A DNA stretch of 44,757 nucleotides, filler included, from Jimgerdemannia flammicorona (taxonomy: Eukaryota), in NCBI GenBank assembly GCA_003990765.1. It is 2 parts of 2 records of this genome, joined end to end, with 100 filler letters (N's around TTAATTAATTAA, not from the genome) between each part and the next. Parts side by side here need not be neighbours in the genome. Positions count along the whole stretch, not along the records: positions 1 to 22,329 come from RBNJ01001296.1; 1 more part is not named here. One strand, written 5' to 3'. How positions within the stretch are numbered: position 1 is the first letter of the stretch; each line of letters begins with the position of its first letter. Made by a program: the position numbers and the translations under genes. This document shows positions 1 to 12,194 of the stretch, piece by piece. Under the pieces are notes generated by a model. It searched no databases. It saw only the letters and a program-made list of their open reading frames with translations, and was not told where the DNA came from.

Positions 1-2430
1 TGACTTCTTGGTTGGAAACTGTAGCTTCTTCAGCTGCATACAGGTCATATCCAGCTGCTTTTTGACTTCCTTTGATTGGGGCCTTAGCAGTTTGTCTTAA
101 CTTGACAAAGTCTAGTGTTCTGGTGGTCAGGTTGTTGAGGTGGTACAGAGTGGTAACAGTTGCTCATATTGCTGTTTGGGGTTTTCAGTTAGGGCAGGCA
201 CTGGCCATGTGTCCTGTCTTTTGGCAATAGAAGTATGCTCCACTTCTTCGAAGTTCATTCCTTTTGCCTTCAGTGAGTTTTTTGAAGGTGCTTGGCTGGA
301 TGGGTTCATGATTTCTAGGTGTCCAAGAGGTGGATATGGAGGGAGCTCAGGATGCTTCATGCTTGGGTTCTTCTTTCTTGGTCCAAGTCTTTTCCTTGTT
401 ATTGAATTGTCTTCAGGGCAGAATTGGTCCAGCTGTTAGAATTCGCTTGACCATAGTCTTGATTTTTGCCAGGCACTATTGTTGGTGATCACAACCAACT
501 GGGTGGCCTTGTTCTCAGATTTTTCTAGTAAGCCATTCAGGCAGGGCATCGAATAAATGGTCTGCTCTTGTACTATTTTGTACTTCATTGTTGGCGATAT
601 ATCCCAGGCCAACAGTGTTCAGGAGTGACTTGAGTTTTGTACAGAAGGTTTCAAATTCTTCTTTGCCATGTATATTGAATTTGAGGTTGTGGAGTTTTAC
701 TCAGGATTCAGTAATTATGGTTTTGCTGCAGTATTGGGCAATCATGAGTTATTTAAGTCCAGGGGCTGCAGGATGGGCTCTATATCCTAGAGCATTGTTT
801 GCTATATTCTGAGCAACTACTGTAGGTCGGGTATCCCATGTGAGGGGTTTTTCAGGAAGGGTTCACCACCATTCTTCAGCAGGTCCTTGGAAGAATATAA
901 CAACTTAGCAGACATAGGCTGTAGTGATAGCAAAGAGTTGTTCCAGAGTGTGGTCTTGATTGTTTGTCAGAATGTGGTCAGCAACTCACTCATTGGTCCA
1001 TTGATTGGCTTTGAAGTTAGTGTCAACTACACTAATAAAGCTTTGGACTTCTTGTGCAGTACTATTGAAGGTAGGTAGGCTCAGATTTTTGATAGGTTGG
1101 GTCTGTTCAGCTAAGGCAGTAATGGTTGCTGCCATTATGGCTACCTGGGCTGTGAAGTCTAGAATCTGTTGGTTTGCCATGTTGTTTACTGGAGGTGGTT
1201 GGACTGCTGGTAGTAGTGTTACTAGTACTACTTGAGGTACTGGTGCAGAGTGTGATGGGGTTCTTTGGGTCTGTATAAGTTGCTGGAGTAGTAGTTGTGG
1301 ATCTGGAGTAAGGGCTTGATAGATAGCTATTTGTTGCTGTGTAGGTGTATTCTGTCCTGATGGAAGTGCATCTCCTTTGGTGGTGTATCCGGGATCGAAT
1401 TTACTGAGATACTCCTCCTCTTCTTCGGTTTGGTCCCTATATAATTGAGTTTGCTCAGCATCAAAGTAGATGGAATCAGTTGTATATCTGATTTCAGATG
1501 GACTTAATTCAAAGTCAAGTTCAGGTTCAGTATTGGTTTCAGATTCAGGTAGGGCTGTAGCAGAGCCTGCTTTAGGTTTGGGGTCAGATAGTTAATGAAG
1601 AGTTTCTCTTGCTTCTTCTTTAAGAATATGGCAGGCCTTACTGTTCTGGAATCGATAGTATAATGCAGTCTTGGTCCTGGTATGGTGAAAGTTGGTAGAG
1701 TTGAGCCACTTGGCTATAGAGGCTTGGGCTTCATGAGGAACTAAGACTAGAAAGACTGCTGCTGGTTGTCCTAGGTCACTTGGATTTGTAGAGCTGACAA
1801 AACTCTTGTTATGAAGAGTAAAGAAGGCTTCAATAAGACCTTCTTTGTCTTGACTTGCTGGGTGTAGTATAAAGAGTTTGATGAATAGGGTTTTGTCTAT
1901 TTGCTGGTTTAACCGGAGTACTTCTTTCTTTGAATGAAGTTTGTCCCACTTGTTGCAGGTGTGGAGGTCAAATTGTCTTATATGTCAGGTTCAATTCTCT
2001 CCAGATTGTCAGATAGTTCAGGATAAATTCCAGTTCAGAGGTTGGGCTTTATACCAACTTGTAGGAATTCTCAAAAGGGTTTGTAACAGGGTGAGGAAGC
2101 ATCTTGAAGTGGATTTGGATTGTAAACCACTGCTACCAAGTTGTAAGAGAGTTACTTTTTTAGGGTAGCCATTACATAGTTCTGGAAGGGTTTTCTGGAA
2201 GTTCTGGATATTCTGGAAGACCATTTTCTTATAGTCAAGATCAATTTCATATGGAGTATGTCCTCTACACTTATTAATTTTAAGATCAGGTTGACATCTC
2301 AACCAAAGTCCTTTTTCGGACTAGTTCTGGATGTTCAGGATTTTCCATATTTCAGGAAGTTCAAGAAATTAAGGCCAGCTTAGTTGAATCGGCATATTGC
2401 TGTAGATAATACCCAATTAGGAAATTTCGT
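1..2430 (-). pseudogene. Degenerate gag of element A with a long N-terminal extension
   Basis: ORF pieces 2018-2302 and 986-1180 are in the same frame. Manual translation from 2017 to ~1560 keeps that frame, interrupted only by TGA/TAA stops consistent with CGA/CAA. The 5' start is uncertain. Confidence 0.65.
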
Positions 2431-3066
2431 GATGGGGTTAGGAGTGGGACCTAACAGGGAATGGGTTTACTTAAGAGTAGTTTGTAGGTTATTAAATAGG
2501 TTTATTCGCTATTCATGCTATTGCTATACTAGAAGTAGTTATGTAAAGAGATATTGTAGAGAAGTACTCAGGAGTTATATTTAAATTGTTCAAGTCTTTC
2601 AAGTCTGAGATTCTAAGGTCTGGGGGAGGAGGTATTTATACTAGTGAGGGGCTATCTGGACTATGCTGAATATAGATGTAGCACTAAGTACCTTGCTGAG
2701 TCAGAATGCAGTCATATAGTACAAGAGTAATCTGACATGTCAAGAGATCATCTGACTGCTGAGTCAGTTCACAGTTATATCATACAAGGCTAATCTAACT
2801 ATACTATGACTGCTAAGCTATTTATAGGTTTAGATACTGTCTGAGTAGTCTTTGATGACATCACTATTGATGACATCATTGCTGGCAAAGTCTGAGCAGT
2901 TTTCTGACTTCTGACATCATTAGTTTCAAGGTGTTGTCACTTCTATCTCTTACAAGATTAAGGCTGTTCTTGGTGGTAATGGTTGTACAAGGATAACAGG
3001 TCTTGGTTCTCTTTTTTTTTAGTCTGCTGACGTATTTGTGAGAACTGGCCATTCTCATCTAGAGTG

Positions 3067-3077
3067 AGGGCTCACAA
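3067..3077 (-). promoter_or_regulatory. Self-priming-type primer binding site
   Basis: Minus-strand TTGTGAGCCCT lacks the TGG of a tRNA PBS. It is complementary (9/11, two transitions) to LTR-internal AAGGTTCACAA at 3343-3353, downstream of the TATA box. Confidence 0.6.
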
Positions 3078-3635
3078 TGTTATAGCTGGGGGTTCGAATC
3101 TCTCGGAAATGATATTTTCTATAATCTGAGGTAATTTCTAGTAGTAATATCTATCACGTGGGTGGCTTGAGATTGGTTTTGACAATGTTAGCTTTCTTGA
3201 GTTCAGATGAAGCATCCATCACTCTCCAACAGAGGTGATACAGATAGAGTGAATAGAGTTGTTCAAATGTGTTTTGCTTCTGCTAAGTAATGAGGTCTTG
3301 TATAGTCACAGTATATCTTAGTCTTAAGTTGATAAGTGCAGTTTGTGAACCTTTTGGTAGATGAGATAGGGTTCTTTTTATCTCAATTTGAGTTTGGTAC
3401 TTTCAGTTTCCTTTTATAATAGTACAGTACACCAAACTAGTTATAGCAGTTCAGAGTCAGTCTTATGGTTATAGTACTTCTTCTAGTATTCTTGTATCTT
3501 GGCAGTGGGTTCTCATGCTTGCTGGCATATTTCGTGTAACCAGATGATCTCTTGTTTTGTAGTCTCACATATGGTTTCCAAATTAGTTCTAAGGATGCCA
3601 TGTGATTTGGGTGGCTTGGAGGTTGTACGCTTACA
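3078..3635 (-). repeat. 5' LTR of element A (558 bp)
   Basis: Minus strand starts TGTAAG and ends ATAACA. TATAAAAG at 3411-3418 (minus). The PBS abuts the LTR end. Confidence 0.75.
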
Positions 3636-4304
3636 AGTATAGTTAGATTAGTCTTATATAATATAATTATATACTAACTCAGTAGTCAGATAATCTCTTG
3701 ATATATCAGTTTATACTTGTACTATGTGACTACATTCTGACTCAATAAGATACTAAGTACTATATCTATATTTAGTATAGTCTAGATAGTTCCTTATTAG
3801 TATAAATATCTACTCTCTTAGACCTCAGAAACTCAGATAAAAATACAGACTTAAATAGACAAGAACAGCCCAGAACTTCTAAATACTTCTCTATAATATC
3901 CCTTCATATACTACTCTTAGTATAGTAATATTATGAATAGTGAATAAACTTATTTAATAACTTACAAATTACTCTTAAATAAATCTGCACTCTATTAGAT
4001 CATACTTCTAACTAGATTCTGAAATTTCCTAATTAGATATTGTCTATAGCAATATACCAATTCAACTAAGCTAGTCTTAGTTTCTTGAACTTCCTGAAAT
4101 ATAAAATCTCCTGAACATCCAGAACAAGTCTAAAAAAGGACTTTAGTTAAGACATCAATCTAATTTAGAAATCAATAAGTATAGAAGACATACTTTATAT
4201 AAAATTGATCTCGACCTTAAGAAAACAGTCTTTCAGAATATCTAGAACTTTCAGAAAACTCTTTCAGAATGATGTAACAGTACTCTAACAAAGTAACCCT
4301 CTTA
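3636..4304 (+). mobile_element. More heavily mutated fragment of the element A family in the opposite orientation
   Basis: Reverse-complement match to 2144-2805, e.g. gaaatttcctaattagatattgtctatagcaatataccaattcaactaag versus gaaatttcctaattgggtattatctacagcaatatgccgattcaactaag. Confidence 0.9.
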
Positions 4305-4310
4305 TATATA

Positions 4311-4700
4311 TTTACTTATTTGTTATAAATTTATTCTACTTCTTATTAGTTAGTTGAAGAGTTTTTTTCTTTATCTCTAGTTTTTATTTAGAGTTAGAGA
4401 GATTATATTATTCAATCTCAGCATTACTAGATTTAACATATAGGTGTGCTCTCATGGTATTGATCTGATGATCCAGTTCTGATAAATAGATAAGTCTAAT
4501 CTATATATTATTAAGATAGAAATATGCAATACTACCCTTATATAGCTGAGATAGTGAGACTGCTAGTTCTCTTTATAGTCTAAGGACAATGAGAGGGTAG
4601 TGCTCAGGATAGGAGTAGAGGAGGGTTTTGGCCTATATAGTCTAGGTTCTCTTCCAATAACAATCTGTAGGAACTTAATCCTAAAAAAAAAAAAAAAAAA
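4311..4700 (+). mobile_element. 5'-truncated 3' end of LINE-B family with poly(A) tail
   Basis: Homologous to the reverse complement of 22436-22805 (gagggttttggcctatatagtct.ggttctcttccaataa). Ends in an A tract at 4683-4700. Confidence 0.85.
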
Positions 4701-5049
4701 TATGTAAATTTAGAAATTGGAGTTTTCGGGTTGGGTCTGCATATGGAATACAACATGGAACTCTCGGGTCGGATTTTTGCGGAGTTCCACCCGAGACAGC
4801 AGGACCCTATAATATTACTTGTGAAATATGCATTATGCACAGAAAACACTTAGCAGGTGCAGGAATCCGCATTAGGAAATAATCTTGATGACATTTTGAT
4901 GATGTAGATCGTCATCCTAATCTTGAAGATGTAATTAGATCGTCATCCAATGGACAGTCCACGTGCTGAGGAGACAGTCACGCCCTCCTCGTTCATAAAA
5001 AAAAAAATAAGCATGGAAATTAACTTCACCCACGTCCTTCTTAACCATC

Positions 5050-6117
5050 ATGCCGATTGAAGAACCCAACCTTAGCGTCACTGTTGCGAGCGCAGCCTCT
5101 CTTCGTAATGCCCACAACACGTCCTCCAAATCACTCCCTGTGATTGAGCTCCGCCCGTACCAAGAAGCCGACCTCAAATGGGCCCAACACGTCTTCTACT
5201 CCACTTATCTCAACCTCGTCCCTAATGGAGTGATTCTGCGCCTTAAGTCCCCCCTTATTTGGGGCTTCTGGATTGCTCTTTGGGGCTTCTTTAACTCGAG
5301 CATTGACACTGTCCTTAGAAGCTGGCCCGTTCCTGAGTGGGTACCCCTCGCCTTACGCGCATTCGTCACCTTTGCGTGGTTTGTCGTTGCTGGAGCAGGA
5401 CTGTTCTGGTGGGTCGACAAGGTCGTGGCGATACCGAAGGTTAATTTGGCGATGGATACAGATATGACGGACCCAGAGGTATATCATATGGGCTACAGCA
5501 AAGTCGACGAGCAGGTGGAAATGACGCCAGAAGAGAAACAAACGGCAGAGAAAGAACACAATGAGAAGGCGAAAGCAGCCGCCTCCAAAGAAAATTTCCT
5601 CACGAAAACCAACGATGCCATCGTAGGTCTTTTTCAGAGTAAGAAATCCACCACGGACAACCTCACCTATAAAACCGTCACGCAAAAGACCCTCAAACCC
5701 TCATCGGAACGCACAAAGTCCGCCTTCTGGGTCCTCACCGTCGATGACACTGTTGTGGGAATCGTCGGCCTTTAACAACGTCTCGATCAGAAACCAAATG
5801 AGGCCACACTGCGTCGTTGGGCCGTCAATTTCAACTACCAGAACCACGGCCTTTCAACCATCTTGTTCTCACGTGCCGTCTTGCACGCACAGCAGACTGG
5901 AATCGAGTGGATTGATGCCGAAACAGACGAAATCCAGACAAGAGCAGCGGAGGTGCTGGCCAAGAGACATGGATTCACGCAAGAGGGCAAGAGGCGTAAC
6001 GGAAAATTTGATGTATTTGGGGAGGTGACATCGTGGAGGTTGGATGTGAGGAAGTGGGTCGAGGACTATAATGCTAAGGCTGTTGCGCAAGCCAAAAATG
6101 TGGTAAAGGAGAAGTGA
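5050..6117 (+). CDS. Membrane-associated GNAT N-acetyltransferase (NAT8/camello-like) with one in-frame TAA at 5773-5775
   Basis: ELRPYQEADL N-terminal strand, two hydrophobic segments and FWVLTVDDTVVGIVGL. The same frame continues after the stop with ATLRRWAVNFNYQNHGLSTILFSRAV (acetyl-CoA motif A) and AETDEIQTRAAEVLAKRHGF (motif B). Confidence 0.8.
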
Positions 6118-6319
6118 GTGTAGGATTTTATTGTCTCCTATAATATCCAGACATGCCGAAATTCGGTGTATGTCCTGGTCATAATATTACACATAGTTCA
6201 TCGCTAAGTTCCTTTACATTTTGGTTTTGGATATTTTTTAGGGCTCATCTTCAATAGTTATTATTTAAACCTTGTTAATTTTTTATACACGCCACATGAT
6301 ATAATTAAATTCAATACTT

Positions 6320-6320
<1 letters not shown>

Positions 6321-6372
<52 letters not shown>
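6321..6372 (+). repeat. Poly(A) tract (~52 nt) between convergent genes
   Basis: Seen directly; no TSD found. Confidence 0.9.
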
Positions 6373-6378
<6 letters not shown>

Positions 6379-7025
6379 AGTTGATAGTAATAATATTCCG
6401 ATATAAGAATGGTTGAGAAAGCAGATGGTGACAAGACGAATCGTCACACATTTGAGTGTCAAAAAGGACCTGTTCGGATGTCGAACTCAGCAGGATTGGT
6501 CATTCCAAGGGCCGGCTCCATTCAGCAAAGCGCGGAGAATGATCCCACGGACGCTCTAAATATCTATCTAGAGTCCACAGTGGATACCAGGATTTGAGGC
6601 CTCCCGCTTGGTTTTCGCATGAGGTAATTATGTCCTTCTCGTAGACCTAGATGAATGTCCATTGTTTGTGTATTCAGATTCTTGCGGCTGTTGCTGGTCG
6701 TGGGATTGGCGTGTATGTGCGTCGCTTTTAATGCAAGAAAAAAAAAAAAAGAGTAATTCGGAGGCCAATTTGCTTTATTTACCCGGGGTGACTCACAATG
6801 AAAGTTTGATAACTTTTGTGATTATGTGTGTTTGGTAATTGAATAACCTGGAACACAGATACATTGTGTGGAAAGTGTATACATTAAAATTGATGTAATT
6901 TTATTCCAGCAGAATTGTTAAGCTTTTACATAGGGTGTTTTTATATCAACTTGGCCAATAAGTATAGAGCTGGCGTGGTCGACAAAAAATCACTATCGAT
7001 TACTCAAGGTAAATATACTGACAGT

Positions 7026-9852
7026 CTATTCACTCAATCTCTCCTTCAACGCCTTGATTTCCTCTTCAAGCAGCTGTCTTGCAGTTCGTTCATCAGCCAG
7101 TTGAGCTTCAAACTCCTTTTTCAATCTGTCGATTTCTTGCCGCACGAAATTCTTGAGTTTTGTCTCAAGAACGTCATTGCTTCCGGATCCTTGTGGAGCG
7201 GCGAAGTTGAAACGGTTTTGCAATGATCTGACACCTCCCGCAGGAGGTGCCGTCGAAGTTGTCGAATCCTTGTCCTCAGAGTGAGTAGCATTAGGCTCCT
7301 TGTCAGGAAGCGCGGGAACTGGCTCGAACATTCGGCGCTGAACCGGCTTAAGGGGGATATTGGGTAGTTCACCCTTGACACCAGCGAAAGGAGTAGGGAA
7401 TTTGTTGAAGATGGGTTTAGTTGGCTTGGCTGGCGGAACAGGAGGAGATCTGGCGGCAGGTTCCGGTTTCGGTTCTTCGACTTGTGGGGATATCTTGCGG
7501 ATTGAAATAAAGCGAAATTAGCTTATCGTAATTGATTTCTATTATTCCTAATCCGCACTTGACATTGCTTACCTTCGTAACATCGTTTTCCAGGACAGCA
7601 GTTTGGCTAGGACCAGCCTCCTTAATCGATTGCTCACTGGGGGCCCTCCTTCCCCTGGCGGGTCTGGCTCTGGGGGTAGGTGCCAACTTGGGACCAGACG
7701 GCAACTCGGGCAATTCAGGTCTCTTGGGTGACTCCTCTTCTTTAGCCACGATATTGTCGTTCTGTTCGACCATGTCAATCTTCGACTCTTCGTGTTCCCT
7801 TCCGAGATGAATATCGGCTTCACCCATATTCACACTGTCATCAAGATCCTCAGCAGCTTTCATCGTATTCTCGACCAAAACAGACTCTTCGACGATGTCA
7901 TCTTGCGCATCCTCATCAGGTTCCTGTTTGGCTTCCACGTTTTCTTCGACTTCTGGGGTCGTAGTTGCATCCACTGTAACTTGAATTTCCTCTTCATCCT
8001 CTTTGATTTGTTCCGTTATATCCTCTTCCACAATGGAAGCACGGGAACGCGGGTCGGGAATAAATTCCACGGGTTCAGCCGGAGGTGGCGGTAGCGAACT
8101 ACGAGTACTGGCTCGCCGCTGGGGGATAGATGGTGGTGGACTAACTTCAGATGGGATCGAGAGTGGACGTGGGGGGGCCGGGAGAGCCGCCTCGTGGAGG
8201 GAAGTAGGTCGCGACGAGGACTTTGGGGTTGTTGCTTCATCGGTCGGTGAGGATGGACCGTTGCCCGATAACATGGGTCTGGGAGGTAACCCTGGAACTG
8301 TGCAAATGTAGAGAGCACATTATTGTTATGTATGCTTCAAGGGGCCTAGAATGGAATTGGAGTGATCATGAAAGACTTACGTGGAACAGCACCCTTCGGC
8401 AGAAACTGCAGATTTGACACAAGATTCGGTAATTCTTACGGGAATTAGTGATTTCCTATCAAATGGAATGTGTCTCATAAACGACACTAAAAGAGATGTT
8501 GAGTAGCGCACCTTTGGCGGCTTAGCCATTGATGCAACCGGATCCAACCTTGGCCGATCTTGTTCAATGGTCTCCTTGGTGTGCAACTGATGGTCCTCTT
8601 CAGCAGTTAATGATTTCGCAGCCTCATCAAGGGGAGGGATGTTGTGGATGGTCCCGTGGATGTCCTGTTTGGGCGATAAAGGCGGCAGATCTGGGGAAAC
8701 CATTGAAAGTGGGCGAGGCCTGGTACCCATAGGAGGGTGTGGATGAGGTGGTAGGGGTACGCTGCCTACTTCAGAAACCATAGATGATGGCCTTCTCGCG
8801 GGAAGTGGAGTTGCGGGTTTCGGTGGCGGACCAGCAGGTAACGGCGGATGGTGTACATGGGTAGGTGACGTGACAACATCATGTTGCTCTGCAATGGAAT
8901 TAGGGCGACTTGTGGAGATCACCGACACAACCGAAGGCGGTCTTGCGGCCGTGGGGATTGGTGGCGGAGAATGTGTTGGTTGCATATCGACGTTTCGTTC
9001 TTCCACAACAGATTTCCTCGCTTCCGGTGAGCGGGTACGAGACCGTATTGGAGGTGGAACCTCCTCTTCAAGCTCCATGACAAAGCTTGCCGGGAACAGA
9101 CCAGTCTCACCACGCTCATTTGTGCCCTTGTACCATCCTTCGTCAGCATCACGATCGAGAATAGTGACGTATTCACCTTTCATGAGACTGATTTCGTCTA
9201 TCCAAAAGACAAAGCGTGTGTTTGTGAAAAGGAAAATTTGGGTGGAACAATCAATGACAATCCTGCAAAAATAAATACAACGTTTTCTCGAATTTGTACC
9301 TTCATTGTCAGCGTCATAGTGATGAGTAACGATAGCCTTGGGAGTCACTTTAGCTGCTGAGGTGAAGGTGTCGTCAGATTGCGAAATTTATGCACGAGGC
9401 GGGACACTGGCTGAGCAGATTGACGAGCTAGTAGAAACCATGACAAATACTTGGTGCGGAGGCTGGGGTGGGAACCGTATTCATCGGAGGTTTGGGTACT
9501 TCAACCGAAGCTTGTCTCGCTTGTGCGAAAGTAGGCGGCTTCGCCTGCATATGCGTGTATATAGAAGATTCAGAAGATATTGGGCATCACGATACAATGA
9601 AACAATGGTCTAACAGCAAAGAACTCATCGTATGAGGGCTTGCTTACAATTGGTGCTGGCGCAGCGTGTGAACTGGCGTCATCTCCCAGTTTCTTGCCAG
9701 TTTTTTTCAGCAAGGGCATGCCGCCACCAGCAAACAGACTGCCAAGGCCACCCTGTTTAACACCGTAGGCCGCCAACTTGAAGGCGGGCTTTGTCGCTGA
9801 ATAATTCGATCTATATCAGTCTAGGTTTTGCCTCAAAACATTGGCTATCTGT

Positions 9853-9888
<36 letters not shown>

Positions 9889-10735
9889 GGCTACTCGCTT
9901 ACATTTGTCTTCTTCCGTTGTAAGAGCCTCTTCTTCCTCGACCAGTTTTACAAACTATTGGGAGGAAAATCATATAAGATCACGGGTGGCACCGTCAAGC
10001 AGTGTAGGCCGAGTTGCTGTAATGCGAAAGAAAGAGCCATGTACCTCAGGTGGGAATCTCCCTGTTTTTCCATTGAATTCGCCTTTCCACCAACCCTCAT
10101 GCTGCTCGAGCACTGTTACAACGCCTCCTTTAAGTAGGGTAAGCTCGTCTGGCGTCTGCGCCACATACTCTTCCTCGATGTTGGCAAGCTTAGGACCTAA
10201 GAGCCCCAGAGTAACGAGCAAGAACGTTAAAAAAGAAACCCCGGCAATCCTTCCAAACAAACACATACAATAACACGAACAGCCACATACCATGCTGGGT
10301 CGCGTCCTGCCTTGAATCTTGATTCTCCGAGTCGCCTTTCTCGATATGTGACTCCGATAAGGGCTCAACAAACTTGAGTAAAGAATGAATACGATGTTCG
10401 TTAGATTGCCGGTGAATTATTAGCCGCGTCACCGAATAGTGACTATTATCTCCTCTGCCGAATCAAGACACGTCGAAGGGACCCACGTTGGACGGGAACA
10501 AGCCATTGCCGCTGCGACCAATCATCTCACCCTGCCACCAGTCAGGGTCGTCTTTGTTCGTAACCTTGACGATGTCGCCGGCTTTCAGAGTCAATTCGTC
10601 GTCTTGGGTGGCTTCGTAATCAGAGTGAGCCTTGACAAGGTAGTCTGTGGATCGGATCGAAAAATTTGTTAAGACAATAGAAGCGGAATGGAAGGGTTGC
10701 GGCACTTCTGCAGCAGATATGATTATACCTCCCAT
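7026..10735 (-). CDS. Multi-exon triple-SH3 adaptor with proline-rich region and C-terminal coiled coil (CIN85/SH3KBP1/CD2AP-like)
   Basis: ATG GGA G|GTATAA micro-exon. SH3-1 DYEATQDDELTLKAGDIV...WWQG...GLFPSN; SH3-2 EYVAQTPDELTLLKGGVV...GWWKG...GRFPP; SH3-3 HHYDADNE/DEISLMKGEYV...GWYKG...GLFPASFV. PxxP tracts and terminal coiled coil LETKLKNFVRQEIDRLKKEFEAQLADERTARQLLEEEI. GT-AG introns; internal exon limits approximate. Confidence 0.85.
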
Positions 10736-11045
10736 GTTCAAGGTTGGATGGGTCGCGAGAAGAGTAGAAAGAAGTGGCAGGAACAAGTGCAGCAGCACAT
10801 GGGTTTATGTTAGCCTGTTGGCCCGTGACGTCTCAGCTGACCGCGGCACGAGATTACGTGATGGCTAACCGTAGACATTATGCTGAGCTGTTATTCACAA
10901 TAAGTTGAAGCCAGTCTCGAGATTCAGTACCAGTGGTAACGCTGACTTATTGTTGGCATCGGATGGCTCTGAGCGATCACCACTAACTATCACTAATCAA
11001 CACTAGTCAACTAGCTAAACACATGATTTTCACCCTGTACACATA

Positions 11046-12194
11046 TTTTTTTTTTTTTTTTTTTTTATAGTCACAAGGACTTCCAAACTGTCTATGATGT
11101 ACTAATACAAATGAGCTCCTCACCCAATCCCACTCAGAAACTCCTTCTCTCTTACACTATTTCTCCAAAACATCACTGATCCCCTTGCTACCCCAATCCT
11201 CTCCTTATTCTTCCTACAGATTGTCTTCACCAATCACCTCTGATATCCCCCATCAGCACCCCTACCCCTCCACCACCCATTCAACATATCTGTCATCACA
11301 ACATATCTGTCATCAGCCACTCCCATCTAGCCACCCTCACTCCTAGTGCTCCAAACGAGTTGATCCAGATGGGATTCGAATCCCATCCAGATCAACCCAT
11401 CTGGATCGATTCGAATCAACCATTGTTTTTGATTTCCAAATTAGACAATTAAATGTTTACATTAATAACTTGATGAATAATCATTCAAATTTGATGATCT
11501 TGGTGTCATTTGAAAGCTGTTAATAAGGCCTTTTTAATGATATCAAGATCATTGAAATCGGATTATACATTGCCAAGATATTAAGGAAAATGTTCTTTTG
11601 ACATAATTTTCAAAATCAGTAAGTCAAATAATTTCTGAAATCAACAAGTCAGATGTTTTCCTTGATAACTCAGCAATGTATGATCCTATTTCAACAATCT
11701 TGATATCATTAGAAAGGCCTTATTAAAGGCTTTCAAATGACACTAAGATCATCAAATTTGGATAATTATTCATCAAGTTATTGATATAAACATTTAATTA
11801 TCTAATTTGGAAATCAAAACAATGGTTGATTTGAATCAATCTGGATGGAATTCAATCTGAATCAATCTGAATCCAATCCAGATTAAATTGACTTGTTAGG
11901 AGCACTACTTACTCCCAATATCAACTATTGACCCTCCTTAAATATATATAGCTAATGTTCTATAAGCCTGACTCAAATCACTAGTACTTATCTTAATATC
12001 AACCACTCATCTCCCAACCCCTTCCACCAACCTCCTCTGGAGGTCACCCCACCTCCCTCTTACCATCAATCCTAGTGGGTGTACCCTCAGTCACATCTTA
12101 ATCTTTCTCCAAAAGTTATCCATTATCTTATACTTCTCTAGCTAATATTTAGGACTCTATATCACTCCTCTCTTCTGCCTGATGTTTAGATACT
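11046..12194 (-). mobile_element. LINE-A family 3' fragment with poly(A) tail, interrupted by a MITE
   Basis: T tract 11046-11066 followed by atagtcacaaggact, the same 3' terminus as 28316 (atagtcacttggact). The distal part resembles 28790-28815. Confidence 0.7.
11344..11907. mobile_element. hAT-type MITE, family 1 (564 bp, near-palindromic)
   Basis: TIR TAGTGCTCC...GGAGCACTA, 8-bp TSD ctcactcc/cttactcc, long internal inverted arms. Homologous to 33020-33622. Confidence 0.9.

Larger units (their letters stand above)
1..3635 (-). mobile_element. Ty3/Gypsy LTR retrotransposon A, 5' part (5' LTR, leader, degenerate gag); runs off the left edge
   Basis: TG...CA LTR at 3078-3635, PBS at 3067-3077, and a gag-like frame (MANQQILDFT...LPTFNSTAQEVQSFISVVDTNFKANQWTNE) whose stops fit C>T/G>A changes. 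Confidence 0.8.

Noticed and set aside
3086..3104. GGTTCGAATC tRNA T-loop/B-box motif
   Set aside because: No cloverleaf or A-box; it lies in the U5 end of an LTR.
6373..6760. Short ORF 6409-6597 and small hairpins after the poly(A) tract
   Set aside because: No recognisable protein or RNA family motif; treated as intergenic or UTR.
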